Origin: Methanothermococcus sp. Ax23
GTDB lineage: Archaea; AGJL01; Methanococci; Methanococcales; Methanococcaceae
Direction: 5' to 3'
Assembly: GCF_049075655.1 (NCBI RefSeq)
Contig: NZ_CP157522.1
Location: forward strand, 928,001 to 992,000
DNA length: 64,000 bases
Program-made: the position numbers and the translations under genes
The notes under the pieces: generated by a model
The model's input: the letters and a program-made list of their open reading frames with translations, nothing else
What the model was told of the DNA's origin: nothing
The model's database searches: none
Shown: piece after piece, positions 20,035 to 30,698 of the stretch
Layout: every line of letters begins with the position of its first letter
Numbering within the stretch: the stretch's first letter is position 1

Positions 20035-20229
20035 GTATTTTGTATTAATACTGACCTACTCCAACGAGTGAACTCGTTGGGTTCTTTTAGTAGGGTTTAA
20101 CCCTACACGGGTGGCCAAGCCCACTACCCCTACCCATTAATGGGTTCAGGGCTACGCTATGCACTTCCAACCACTACCAGCGGTAGAGTTTTCACTAACC
20201 CTACCCATAGATACTTGGACTGGTAGCGT
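20035..20229 (-). ncRNA. Putative stand-alone TnpB omegaRNA (scaffold plus 16-nt guide)
   Basis: GC-rich nested hairpins homologous to the tnpB 3' end (18082-18180); TATA-like AATATAAATA at 20251-20260; T7 run right after the guide. Confidence 0.6.
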
Positions 20230-20335
20230 TACTTACTACTAATCTTCATATATTTATATTTTACTACTTACTAGCCGATATAATGTCCGCCTCTCATCCA
20301 ACGACTGAAGTCGTTGACTTTCCCGGCGGTTTATC
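20051..20335 (-). mobile_element. Protein-less IS200/IS605 mini-element (PATE-like), 285 bp
   Basis: Minus strand: TTAC target, AAAG guide, LE hairpin CAACGAC-TTCA-GTCGTTG; RE GAAC guide, hairpin CCAACGAG-TTCA-CTCGTTGG, ending TCAG. Confidence 0.85.
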
Positions 20336-20366
20336 GTAAAATAATTAATAAATATTAATAAAATAA

Positions 20367-20663
<297 letters not shown>

Positions 20664-20861
20664 GTTTATTCCTCCTTTTATGTTTAATGTGTTTCAGTAT
20701 ATAAGCCGTTTAGAGTATATAAATATAATGTATATTACAACGTATTGTTTTACATATAAATATATAATATTCTATAAATAATTTCACTATAATATTTATT
20801 CTAACTATAAAAAGTTATTGTTTTTATGTTTTTATTTTATATATATTTTATGATGATGATA

Positions 20862-22268
20862 TTAATTTTCTTCATAATTTTCCATATCATGAACATCCAA
20901 TACGTCCAGCGTTTTACAGATGCATTTTTTATTTAAAATCTCTGAAACTGACGGGGAAGTTCTTCCCTCATCTCCACTTATGAGCTCCTTTATATACAAC
21001 CCACCATCGCAGTATAATGTGAGCTCGAAAGTTTTGGAATCTATCCTATTGGCACATGCTTTATATACCTTACGAACTCTTACCAAGTCTGCTCTTCTGT
21101 GGGATACTCGTATAGGTGTTCTCTGATTTATAGTTAAGTTTTCAAGTTTCTCCACTAATTTTAAAATTTCGTCATCATACACATCTTCTTCACATTCTAC
21201 AACAGCGAGATAGGTTTTTTTATGGGGCTCATTTTTGAAGAAAACAACATCTTTTCTAACACCGTAATCTAAATTAAGAATTTCAACCTTTCCACTTTTA
21301 TTTACTTCCTCTTTAAGTTTTTCCAAATCTGCCTTTCTTATTTTCGGTTCTTTTATTTGGAGAACAAAAGGCCTTCCATTTCCAAGCATTCTAACATCTA
21401 TATCTTCTCTCCCTGCACCATGGAATGCCTCATCCTTTCCTTTAAATACTTTCATAAAAGGTTCTGCTATTATCTCCTCGACAGATGTGGGGTATTGTTT
21501 CCCTGTGTAATTGCATTTTTCGCACCCTTTTCCCCTACAATACCTACAAGGCCAGCGTGTTTGTGGAATGCCCCTTACAAGTTTCCTATATCTTCCTTTT
21601 ATAAATATGGAATTTATTTGTAGTTTTATTTTTTTATTGTAGGGATTTATCATAATCACAATATCGGGGCTATTTTTATCCACAGTCTTTCCAGTTTTTT
21701 CAACGAGAATTTTACCCATGATTCTGTTGAATTCCTGCTTTATGCTCTCCATATATGGTGTTTCAAATTCTTTTTCAAGTTCTTTAATCTCCTTTGGAAG
21801 CATGGTTCCAGCTAAGAATGTTTCATATTCGTAATCTTTTAGTAAGTCTATCACTTTTTCTGAAATGATTTCTAAATTTTCCTTATCAAAGATATTTTTA
21901 CACCAAGGGCATAAATCTAATTTATTTTCCCCCTCTTCTTCATTTATCTCTTCTGGTATATCCACTAACTTTATTTCAGTTAATCCACTTTTGTATATAT
22001 ATTTTAGCTGTCCCTTTATTTCAGTTATTTCTGATGCTATTTTTAGTTTTTCTGTATCAGTTTTTTCTATTTCGTCCGGGTTTCCTGATTCAGTTAATTC
22101 ATTATATTTTCCCATTAAATTTAGTAATTTTGATTCTAATTCAATTGCTTTTGCAATTTTTAGCGATTTTCCCCTTTCGTAGTTTGATGTATGCAGTAGC
22201 TTTGCATAAAGTCTTCCAAAACATCTATGACACAAGGGGTATTTTTTTAATATTGTAATAATGTCCAT
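20862..22268 (-). CDS. pus10: tRNA pseudouridine(54/55) synthase Pus10
   Basis: LCHRCFGR, GRYRKLVRGIPQTRW, HGAGREDIDVRMLG, GLYIKELISGD. Confidence 0.96.
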   Translation of the reverse strand: MDIITILKKYPLCHRCFGRLYAKLLHTSNYERGKSLKIAKAIELESKLLNLMGKYNELTESGNPDEIEKTDTEKLKIASEITEIKGQLKYIYKSGLTEIKLVDIPEEINEEEGENKLDLCPWCKNIFDKENLEIISEKVIDLLKDYEYETFLAGTMLPKEIKELEKEFETPYMESIKQEFNRIMGKILVEKTGKTVDKNSPDIVIMINPYNKKIKLQINSIFIKGRYRKLVRGIPQTRWPCRYCRGKGCEKCNYTGKQYPTSVEEIIAEPFMKVFKGKDEAFHGAGREDIDVRMLGNGRPFVLQIKEPKIRKADLEKLKEEVNKSGKVEILNLDYGVRKDVVFFKNEPHKKTYLAVVECEEDVYDDEILKLVEKLENLTINQRTPIRVSHRRADLVRVRKVYKACANRIDSKTFELTLYCDGGLYIKELISGDEGRTSPSVSEILNKKCICKTLDVLDVHDMENYEEN

Positions 22269-22598
22269 TGGATAACCTCCTATATAATTAATTATGATTT
22301 ATGATGGCTAAATAAATGATAATAAATTTGCTAATTACAAATATGATTTAAAAACCTAATTCTAAACTATGGTATATTTATACTATATCTTTACCTTTAA
22401 TTTACTTTTAAAAAATTTCCATAAAACCCGTTAAATATATGTTTTTATTTATTACTAAATTATATATATCAAAAAATTATATTATATCATCAATTATAAA
22501 GAATAATATTTTATTAGATAATAGGTCTCCCTGGTAATTCTAGCCCCTATATAATATTTATATATGTATATACCCACCCCATATGTCGAAGTGATAAA

Positions 22599-22955
22599 AT
22601 GCATAAAGAGCAACTTATGGAACTCCATCAATTTTTTGTCCATGTATATCGGGAGCTCGTCCCCAATGAATACAACTGTGAATATATAAAAATTTATGAA
22701 GAATTGGATGTTAGGCCCCACCATATCCATAAATTAAAAACTGAACAGAGAGCTGCTATTTTTTTATTGTCTGCATGTATTGCTAATTATTTATCCCATG
22801 ATGACGATACCGTTTCAAAAAATTTATCTATAAAATTATTGGAAAACGCGTTTAAATATATAAATCCAAAATCAGAAAATATGAAAAAATATATTGGGGA
22901 GCATTTAAAGATATTGGAGAATAAAGAATCAGACGATATTGAAAATACCATCTAA
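22599..22955 (+). CDS. UPF0058 family protein
   Basis: MHKEQLMELH...PHHIHKLKTEQRAAIFLL. Confidence 0.8.
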   Translation: MHKEQLMELHQFFVHVYRELVPNEYNCEYIKIYEELDVRPHHIHKLKTEQRAAIFLLSACIANYLSHDDDTVSKNLSIKLLENAFKYINPKSENMKKYIGEHLKILENKESDDIENTI

Positions 22956-23047
22956 ATTTTTATTTTTTATTTTTATGCATGATATTTTTTCATAGATTTC
23001 ATTTTTAATTTTAATAATTTATTTCATAAATATTTGAGAGGGACACC

Positions 23048-24421
23048 ATGGAAAAGGAGAATTTTAAACCAGATGATTTTAACGAGATATTGGATGGGCT
23101 ATTGAATGATATAGCTCCAAGTAAGGAGGAGGAAATGGAATTAAAAGAATTTTCTGAAAAAATAATAAATGAATTATATGCTGAGATAGACAGTGAAAAA
23201 TTAAGGAATTTAATTGAAGATATAGTTCAGGTAGGTTCAACTGCTAGAAATACCAATTTAAAAAATGATTATGACATAGATATTTTTATAAGGTTTAAGA
23301 AGGATGTAGATAAGGAAGTGTTAAAAGAAACTGTTTTAAAAATTGGTAAAAAGGTAATAGAAAAATTAGATGGTAAATATTGGATAGAATATGCAGAACA
23401 CCCTTATTTATCTGCAAAGATTGGAAAATACGATATAGATATAGTCCCATGTTATAAACTAAATTGGGGGGAAAATATAATATCTGCGGTAGATAGAACG
23501 CCCTTACATAATGAATTTTTAAAGAAAATGTTAAAATCTAAAAAATCAAAATCAAAAAACGCACTGAACAACGATATTCGACTTTTAAAAAAATTCCTAA
23601 AAGGTATTGGCATTTACGGCTCTGATTTAAAAACTAAGGGATTTTCTGGGTATTTATGCGAGCTCCTAATAATACATTATGGGGGATTTATAAATACATT
23701 AATGGGAGCTCAAAAATGGAGAGTTGGAAAGAGAATAATTTTAGATGAAATATTTAATATTTACAATTTGGATGAAGATTATAAATTTGCCGATTTTAAA
23801 GACCCACTTGTAGTTTATGACCCAGTAGATTTAAATAGAAATGTAGCCGCAGCTCTGAGTAAAGAGAATTTTTGCAAGTTTATATTTTATTCTCATCTGT
23901 TTTTGAAAAATCCTTCAAAAGACTTTTTTTATGACTATGTTAAAAAAGTAAATGAAAATCTTGATAATAGGGAAAAAGGAGTGTTTATTACATTGGGCAT
24001 AAAGAGAAACAAGGATATAGTTGATGATATAATATACCCCCAAATGGAAAAACTACAAAAAAGCATCAACAAATTTTTAATTGAAAATGATTTTGAGTTT
24101 TTAAGGTATGGAAATTATGCAGATGATGATATGTGTTATTTATCATGGGAATTTTTAGTATGGGAGCTCCCAAATATTAAGCTTAGAGTAGGTCCGCCAG
24201 TGTTTAGTAAAAAAGGTGTGGATAACTTTATAAAAAAGAACAGCAAATATTTTGTCAAGGACTGCAATGTCTGTGCCTATATCGAGAGAAATTATAAAAA
24301 TATATATGAACTCTTTGAGGATATTGTAAGCGGAAAATTAAAAAAGAAAATCACATGCCCCAAGTATGTATCTCCTGAAAATGCCGTAATATTTAAGGGA
24401 GTGTATAAAGAAAGGGAATAA
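23048..24421 (+). CDS. cca: CCA-adding tRNA nucleotidyltransferase (class I)
   Basis: GSTARNT, DIDIF, YAEHPY, SAVDRTPLH, GFSGYLCELL. Confidence 0.96.
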   Translation: MEKENFKPDDFNEILDGLLNDIAPSKEEEMELKEFSEKIINELYAEIDSEKLRNLIEDIVQVGSTARNTNLKNDYDIDIFIRFKKDVDKEVLKETVLKIGKKVIEKLDGKYWIEYAEHPYLSAKIGKYDIDIVPCYKLNWGENIISAVDRTPLHNEFLKKMLKSKKSKSKNALNNDIRLLKKFLKGIGIYGSDLKTKGFSGYLCELLIIHYGGFINTLMGAQKWRVGKRIILDEIFNIYNLDEDYKFADFKDPLVVYDPVDLNRNVAAALSKENFCKFIFYSHLFLKNPSKDFFYDYVKKVNENLDNREKGVFITLGIKRNKDIVDDIIYPQMEKLQKSINKFLIENDFEFLRYGNYADDDMCYLSWEFLVWELPNIKLRVGPPVFSKKGVDNFIKKNSKYFVKDCNVCAYIERNYKNIYELFEDIVSGKLKKKITCPKYVSPENAVIFKGVYKERE

Positions 24422-24532
24422 ATTATAAGAAAGGGATAACTTATTTTTTATTTTACTATTAATTATTCATTATTATATTACAATTATATTATTATTTACA
24501 TATTTAATTATATTCTTTAATATGGTGATATT

Positions 24533-25369
24533 ATGAAGTTTGGAGTATCTTCTCTTGTGTTTTTACCTGAAACATTGCAGTCATCCATAGAAAAGGTTGC
24601 TGAAAATAGGTTTGATTGTTGGGAAATCGTATGTGAAGGCAGTCATCAATTGAGACCTAAAAATGTAAAATATCTTATGGAGTTAAAGAACAGGTATGAA
24701 GTGGATATTGTGGTTCATGCTCCATTTTCCGACTTAAATCCAGCTTCAATGAACGACAGGGTAAGGCGGCTAACTATTGATTGTATAATGGAGGCAATTG
24801 AAGGGGCATTTGAACTTGATGCAAATGTTGTAACGGTTCATCCGGGATACCTTCCGCCGTTATGGTCAAGCTATGTTGAAGAGCTCCTGGATAATAATTT
24901 TTCAACATTAAATGATATAGTTGAGATAGCGGAAGATTATGAGGTTATGATAGGTTTGGAGAATATGCCCAATTATATGGGAGTCTTAGGCATAACTCCT
25001 GAGAGTTTGAGAGATATTGTAAAAGATATAGATTCTAAGTATTTGGGTATTACCTTTGATATTGGTCATGCAAATACTGCCTGCGGAAATCCAAGTGAGT
25101 ATGTTAAAGAATTAAATAAAATAGGAGAGGGCATTGTTCATGTTCATTGCCATGACAACAATGGAAATGATGATGAACATTTAAAAGTTGGAGATGGAAA
25201 CATTGATTTTTTCAGTGTATTTAGGGAATTAAAAGACATAGGTTATGAGGGTGTTATATCCTTTGAATCCAAAAATATAAGGGATGCAGTTAAAAGCAGA
25301 GAGATTGCTAAGGAATTATTATCCGATATTGAGTTAGATGAAAGTAGGGTATTGAATATAAAAATATAA
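24533..25369 (+). CDS. Sugar phosphate isomerase/epimerase family (xylose isomerase-like TIM barrel)
   Basis: VHAP, VHPG, LENMP, FDIGHA, VHCHDN...DEHL metal ligands. Confidence 0.85.
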   Translation: MKFGVSSLVFLPETLQSSIEKVAENRFDCWEIVCEGSHQLRPKNVKYLMELKNRYEVDIVVHAPFSDLNPASMNDRVRRLTIDCIMEAIEGAFELDANVVTVHPGYLPPLWSSYVEELLDNNFSTLNDIVEIAEDYEVMIGLENMPNYMGVLGITPESLRDIVKDIDSKYLGITFDIGHANTACGNPSEYVKELNKIGEGIVHVHCHDNNGNDDEHLKVGDGNIDFFSVFRELKDIGYEGVISFESKNIRDAVKSREIAKELLSDIELDESRVLNIKI

Positions 25370-25439
25370 AATATATTATGTAGTATTGATTATAGTTATT
25401 GGATATAGTTAAGATTGAGTTATTGAATTTGGTGATAAA

Positions 25440-26111
25440 ATGAAAATAGCAATTTTAGGTGGAACAGGAGACCAAGGTTTTGGTTTAGCACTCAGATTTG
25501 CCAAAAATCACGATGTTATAATAGGTTCAAGAAAGAAGGAAAAGGCAGAAGAAGCATCAAATAAAGTAAAGGAAATACTATCTTCAAAGGGAATAGAATA
25601 TAAAAATATAATAGGTTTAGACAACAAAGAAGCTTCAAAAGAAGGGGATGTTGTTATTTTATCATTGCCATATCAGCACACCATATCAACATTAAAGGAT
25701 TTAAAAGAAGAATTAGCAGGTAAAATAGTTGTATCTATTGGAGTTCCACTGGCAACGGCAATAGGGGATAAGGCAACAAGAGTGGTTTTACCGCCTCAGG
25801 GTTCAGTTGCTGAAATGGTTAAAGATTACTTAAAGAATTCAAAAGTGGTAAGTGCATTCCAAAATGTATGCTGTAAGGAGCTCGAAGATATAGACAACCC
25901 TGTGGATTGTGATATACTTGTTTGTGGAGATGACGCTGAATCAAAAAAAGTTGTAATGTCTCTTGCAGAAGAAATCGATGGAGTTAGGGCAATAGATTGC
26001 GGAAAATTGGAACTATCAAGCTACATAGAACAAATTACGCCACTTTTAATAGGATTAAATATAAAATATAAATTAAAAGGTTCTGGAATAAGGATAACTG
26101 GATTAAAATAA
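25440..26111 (+). CDS. npdG: F420-dependent NADP oxidoreductase
   Basis: GGTGDQGFGLALR, IIGSR, GSVAE, SAFQN. Confidence 0.94.
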   Translation: MKIAILGGTGDQGFGLALRFAKNHDVIIGSRKKEKAEEASNKVKEILSSKGIEYKNIIGLDNKEASKEGDVVILSLPYQHTISTLKDLKEELAGKIVVSIGVPLATAIGDKATRVVLPPQGSVAEMVKDYLKNSKVVSAFQNVCCKELEDIDNPVDCDILVCGDDAESKKVVMSLAEEIDGVRAIDCGKLELSSYIEQITPLLIGLNIKYKLKGSGIRITGLK

Positions 26112-26121
26112 TAAAAAATAA

Positions 26122-26571
26122 TTAAATACTATTTTTTATATTTTCAGCAAACTTTTTTGCATTTTCAATATCTTCTTTATTAGGATGTCCCTTATTTTTT
26201 CCGCCAATTAATTTAAATACTGAATAATCTTCGTAGCCCTTGCATGAGAATTCTCCAATAATTTTAAATCCCTTATTTTTTAATTTATTTCTTAAAGGCT
26301 TGTGATAAATGGATAAATCTATGCCGTATGTAGAGAATATGAATGCCTTTTTGTTCTCCCCTGGAAGTTTATCTACAAGTTTCAAGAGCTTTTTATGATG
26401 CTTCCCAAAGTATATTCCAGAGCCAAATCCTATTAAATCGTATTTTTTAATTTCATCAGGGTTTATTTTCTCCGGCTCAACAACATCTGCATTTAAGACC
26501 TCTGCCATAGCATCTGCTATTTTTTTGGTGTTGTTGTGGTGGATGGATTTGCATATAATTAAGATTTTCAT
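26122..26571 (-). CDS. Flavodoxin family protein
   Basis: SIHHNNTKKIA, GFGSGIY, FST.G, GHP. Confidence 0.88.
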   Translation of the reverse strand: MKILIICKSIHHNNTKKIADAMAEVLNADVVEPEKINPDEIKKYDLIGFGSGIYFGKHHKKLLKLVDKLPGENKKAFIFSTYGIDLSIYHKPLRNKLKNKGFKIIGEFSCKGYEDYSVFKLIGGKNKGHPNKEDIENAKKFAENIKNSI

Positions 26572-26602
26572 GATGCCCCCCAAATTGATTGTAAATTGAT
26601 TG

Positions 26603-27955
26603 TTATTCTTTAAACATTAACTGCCTCATTATTTTACCCATTGGACCTCCCATTTTAAGCATTTTTCCTCTTTTTAAGTTCTGAAATGCGTTTTTAGTTG
26701 TGGCATAATATTTTAGGAGCTCCTTTACCTCCTCCTGCTTAACCCCTGCACCCCTTGCTATTCTCTTCATTCTTGAAGTTTTAATTATCTCAGGGTTTTC
26801 TTTTTCCTCCCTGGTCATGGAATCCATTATAATTTTGTACCTTTTCAATTTTTGCTCTGTGAGATTTGCCGCATCTTTTGGAATGGCTCCTCCAAATCCT
26901 GGAATCATGCTCATTATTTGTTTCATAGGACCCATTTTAGATATTGCTTCTAGCTGAGAGTATAATTCATTAAGTGTGAATTTTCCCTTTAATATGGCAT
27001 CTATGCTTTCCTCCGTATCATCATCTATTAAATCCTCTGTTTTTTCAAGAAGTGAGTCTAAATCTCCCATTCCTAAAAGCCTTGAAATAAATTTATTGGG
27101 GTCGAATGGCTCCAAATCATCTACATTTTCCCCGGTACCTATGAATTTTATAGGTGCGTTTATCTCTGCTACTGCACTTAGAGCTCCCCCTCCTTTTGCA
27201 GAACCATCCAATTTTGTAACAAGTATGCTTCCTATTTCACCGACAGCATCTTTAAATGCCTTTGCCTGGTTTTTCGCCTGCTGTCCAAGTGTTCCATCTA
27301 TTACAAGTATAATTTCATCTGGATTTACAACATCTTTTATTTGTTTCATTTCATCTAAAAGTCCTTTTTCTTCTTTGTGTCTTCCTGCGGTATCTATTAT
27401 CAAAACATCCATCTTTTTAAGGTTATTTATTCCATCTTTTGCAATTTCTATTGGAGTCTTTGTTTTTGTTTCATCACCATATAATGGAACATGTATCTTC
27501 TCTGCAAGCTGTTTTAACTGCTGGTATGCCGCAGGTCTGTATATATCCGCCGCTATTAATCCTGGTTTTAAACCTCTTTTTTGGATGTATCTTGCAAGTT
27601 TTGCGGCACTCGTGGTTTTACCACTCCCCTGAATACCTACAAGTAATATAATTGTCTGTTTTTTTGGGTTTAACTCCAATTTTTGCCCTTCCTCACCAAG
27701 TAGTTTTACTAGTTCTTCATAAACAATTTTTATTATATGTTCTTTTTTTGAAAGTCCCTTTGGTATATCCTCATTTATTGCTCTTTTTTCTATCTCTTTA
27801 CTCATTTTAAATACAAGTTTTACATTGACATCCGCCTGAATTAGTGCCTTTTGGATATCTTTAATTACCTCTTTTATAAGCTTCTTATCTACGAATGTGG
27901 CATTTTTTATTTTATTCAATGCGTTGGTAATGTTTTGTCCCAATTTATCAAGCAT
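26603..27955 (-). CDS. srp54: Signal recognition particle protein Srp54
   Basis: [20 protein letters not shown], Met-rich M domain. Confidence 0.97.
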   Translation of the reverse strand: MLDKLGQNITNALNKIKNATFVDKKLIKEVIKDIQKALIQADVNVKLVFKMSKEIEKRAINEDIPKGLSKKEHIIKIVYEELVKLLGEEGQKLELNPKKQTIILLVGIQGSGKTTSAAKLARYIQKRGLKPGLIAADIYRPAAYQQLKQLAEKIHVPLYGDETKTKTPIEIAKDGINNLKKMDVLIIDTAGRHKEEKGLLDEMKQIKDVVNPDEIILVIDGTLGQQAKNQAKAFKDAVGEIGSILVTKLDGSAKGGGALSAVAEINAPIKFIGTGENVDDLEPFDPNKFISRLLGMGDLDSLLEKTEDLIDDDTEESIDAILKGKFTLNELYSQLEAISKMGPMKQIMSMIPGFGGAIPKDAANLTEQKLKRYKIIMDSMTREEKENPEIIKTSRMKRIARGAGVKQEEVKELLKYYATTKNAFQNLKRGKMLKMGGPMGKIMRQLMFKE

Positions 27956-27990
27956 AATTCCACCTAAATTTTAAATATTATTTATTATAA

Positions 27991-28551
27991 TTATTCTTTC
28001 CATCTTTTAAATAAATTGTTTTTTATCCCTAAATTATCCAATATTCTCCCCACTACAAAATTAATGATGTCATCTATTGTTTTTGGTTCATTGTAAAATC
28101 CCGGAATTGGGGGCATTACTAAAACTCCTAATTTTGAGAGTTTTAGCATGTTTTCAAGATGTATTGCATTAAAAGGCATTTCTCTTGGCATAAGTATTAA
28201 TTTTCTTTGCTCCTTTAAAGCTACATCACAAACTCTACATATTAAATTACTACTGTATCCATTTGCTATTGACGATAATGTTTTCATGGAGCATGGAACT
28301 ACAACAACAGCATCAAATATATTTGAACCAGATGCAACAGGCGAAAAGAAATCGTTATTTTCGTAGTATTCATCGGATAATTTTATAAAATCATCAATTG
28401 TAGTTTTTAACTCATGTTTTATTATTTCTTTTGCTGAGTTGGAAACTATTAGACAGGTTTTTACATTTTCGTTATCCTTTAAAACTTCAAGAAGTCTTTT
28501 AGCATAGTGAGCTCCGCTTGCACCACTTACACATACCACTATTTTTTTCAT
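27991..28551 (-). CDS. ubiX: Flavin prenyltransferase UbiX
   Basis: SGASG, ASGS, PCSMKTL, PREMP, PPIPGFY. Confidence 0.95.
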   Translation of the reverse strand: MKKIVVCVSGASGAHYAKRLLEVLKDNENVKTCLIVSNSAKEIIKHELKTTIDDFIKLSDEYYENNDFFSPVASGSNIFDAVVVVPCSMKTLSSIANGYSSNLICRVCDVALKEQRKLILMPREMPFNAIHLENMLKLSKLGVLVMPPIPGFYNEPKTIDDIINFVVGRILDNLGIKNNLFKRWKE

Positions 28552-28679
28552 GTTATTTCTCCAATAATTATGTAATTATATATTGTATAAAATGGAGTAT
28601 TATTTTTATATAAAATTACTTATTTGTTGAAGTATACTTATATATTAAAATAAATAAATATTATCTTCGCAAAAAATAG

Positions 28680-28764
28680 TGCGGGGGAAGGGATTTGAAC
28701 CCTCGAACCCCTACGGGACTAGGCCCTCAACCTAGCGCCTTTGGCCAGACTTGGCAACCCCCGC
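28680..28764 (-). tRNA. tRNA-Leu (GAG), CCA not encoded
   Basis: Reverse complement GCGGGGG...CTAGG-TT-GAG-GG-CCTAG, long variable arm, TTCAAAT; followed by ACTA. Confidence 0.95.
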
Positions 28765-28817
28765 TCACTTACTATGGTTTTGCGGTTTAAAAACGCATAG
28801 TGTAGTTTTACATAATA

Positions 28818-28850
28818 GTATATAAACCTTTCGGCGAAAAGTATATATAT
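28818..28850. promoter_or_regulatory. Back-to-back BRE-TATA promoters for the divergent tRNA-Leu and tRNA-Met
   Basis: CGAAAAG-TATATATA on + and CCGAAAGG-TTTATATA on -. Confidence 0.7.
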
Positions 28851-28891
28851 GAGATATTATTATCTAAGGATGCGTTCAATAATTTAATAAT

Positions 28892-29009
28892 GCCGAGGTG
28901 GCTTAGGCTGGTTATAGCGCTCGGCTCATACGGATATTCCCAAGGGGTTTTATATCTCCTTGGGTCCTGGGAAACCGAGAGGTCGGGGGTTCAAGTCCCC
29001 CCCTCGGCA
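28892..29009 (+). tRNA. tRNA-Met (CAT, elongator) with 43-nt intron at 37/38 (28931-28973)
   Basis: GCCGAGG/CCTCGGC acceptor stem; CTCGG-CT-CAT-A|intron|A-CCGAG; bulge-helix-bulge (CTCA/TGGG). Confidence 0.93.
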
Positions 29010-29087
29010 TTTTTTATATGCTTATTGATTTATAGGTTTAAATATTTAATTAGTTGTTTAAAAAAAATAAAGAATAAAAAAATAGAA

Positions 29088-30422
29088 TTAAATGGGTTTT
29101 CCAAAGAAATTTATTTTTTCAATTAATTCTTCAAATGCATTTTTTTCGAATTTTAAAACCTCTTCTTTTGTCAATGTTCCGCTTACTTCTCCATCAAGGG
29201 ATAATTTATCGACTCCTCTTAAAATCATTCTATTATTTCCATCTCTGTTTAATATTTCTTCTGCAACCCTGTCATGAACAAACGCCATTGGTGGGATAAA
29301 CACCGTATCTTTTAGCTCTTTTAAATCAACAGTTTCTAAATCTTTTGCAGTGATTAAATCTGAAATGTCCTTATTAACTTTAATGACATTAACTGGAGTA
29401 TCTTTAAATATTTTATTTAAAAATGTATATGATATATTTCCTGTAATTATGGTAGCTTCGGATTTTATTTTGTTTCTTAATTTTTTCAATAAACTCTCTT
29501 CATAAGATATGGCAAATGGTGCATTTGTCAATGGGTCATAAAGTGGTGTGCCTGTAATTCTTATTTTATCTCCAAATTCTTCAAAAGTTTTTCTTACAAT
29601 TTCTTTAAATTCTTCAACCCTATGGCTTTCGATTCCATCGATAATTGGTGCATTTTCCAGTATAAGTCCTTGTTCGGTTTTATTTGCAAACCTCATTAAT
29701 ATTGCTGCATGAGCTCCCCAGTCTATCAAATCGTTAATGGTTTTTTTAAGTTCTTCGCCATCATTTACACCGGGAATTAATATAATAGCACAATGGACTT
29801 CACAGTTTTCACAGAAGTATTTTAAGCATTTTAGGGATTCTTCTGCATTTTTATCATTTAACCATTTTTTTCTGATTTCTGGATTTGTAGAGAATACTGA
29901 AAATGTAATTTCATCGACACCATAATCAACAAGATTTTTAGCAATTTCAACAGATTCAAATCCTTTTCCAGATGTGTATCCAAGATGAATCTTTAAACCA
30001 ACATCACTTATGTATTTACAGAGAGCTTCCAAGTCCGGATAAAAGCTAACATCTCCGCCACTTGTAATATTCACTTTATCGTAGTTTTGGAAAAATAATG
30101 CGTTTTGAATTTGCTGTATTGCAAAGGGCAATGGTATGAAGTCTCCATTAATTTCCCTTATGGAGTATGTGCAGTAATCACAGCCCATTTGGAATGTGCA
30201 GTTTTTACAGCCAAATGGTGATGGGTTTGAATTGTCCACTTTTTTAAAATAACAAAATTTGCAGAATCCTCCGCAGTTCTTACCGGGCTCTCCTTTTAAA
30301 TCAACTAAAAGCTGAGATTGGGATTTTAAAACGTTATTGTCCTTTTCAGAATCCTCAAAACCCATGCCAAATATATTAGGGTTGGAAGTATCTCCTAAAC
30401 TATTGTTAAAATTGAAATTCAT
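29088..30422 (-). CDS. mmp10: Methanogenesis marker 10 radical SAM protein (McrA arginine methyltransferase)
   Basis: [13 protein letters not shown], extra Cxx[14 protein letters not shown]; divergent from mcrB. Confidence 0.93.
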   Translation of the reverse strand: MNFNFNNSLGDTSNPNIFGMGFEDSEKDNNVLKSQSQLLVDLKGEPGKNCGGFCKFCYFKKVDNSNPSPFGCKNCTFQMGCDYCTYSIREINGDFIPLPFAIQQIQNALFFQNYDKVNITSGGDVSFYPDLEALCKYISDVGLKIHLGYTSGKGFESVEIAKNLVDYGVDEITFSVFSTNPEIRKKWLNDKNAEESLKCLKYFCENCEVHCAIILIPGVNDGEELKKTINDLIDWGAHAAILMRFANKTEQGLILENAPIIDGIESHRVEEFKEIVRKTFEEFGDKIRITGTPLYDPLTNAPFAISYEESLLKKLRNKIKSEATIITGNISYTFLNKIFKDTPVNVIKVNKDISDLITAKDLETVDLKELKDTVFIPPMAFVHDRVAEEILNRDGNNRMILRGVDKLSLDGEVSGTLTKEEVLKFEKNAFEELIEKINFFGKPI

Positions 30423-30600
30423 AAATATCCTCTAACTTTTTTATTAGTGTATTATTTTTTAACCTATAAATAAATTATTGGTAAAAATCGTAAAGGGCAT
30501 CGTATAATAAAGAATGCTTAAAAAGAAATAAGATTAAGTTAAAATACTAAATTTAAATATATAAATTAGTTTTTATACAACACCCCTATTTTAAAAAATA

Positions 30601-30660
30601 TCCTATATATACTTTTCGATTTGAATTCAATGGAAAAATGAATATATAAATAAAAATATA
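30601..30660. promoter_or_regulatory. Divergent mmp10 / mcr promoter region
   Basis: CGAAAAG-TATATATA on - (30603-30618) and AAAAATGAATATATAAA on +. Confidence 0.5.
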
Positions 30661-30698
30661 GGATGTAGTGCATATATCAAATGATAGGAGTGGTTCCT

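Noticed and set aside
25380-25430. Loose AGTTATTG-like repeats upstream of npdG
   Set aside because: Too degenerate and AT-rich to call an operator without comparative data.
26976-27632. Long antisense ORFs (this 218-aa one, 52782-53306 and similar)
   Set aside because: Shadow frames opposite well-conserved genes, with Ser/Phe/Ile-rich mirror composition.
28890-29126. 78-aa ORF
   Set aside because: Overlaps the intron-containing tRNA-Met.
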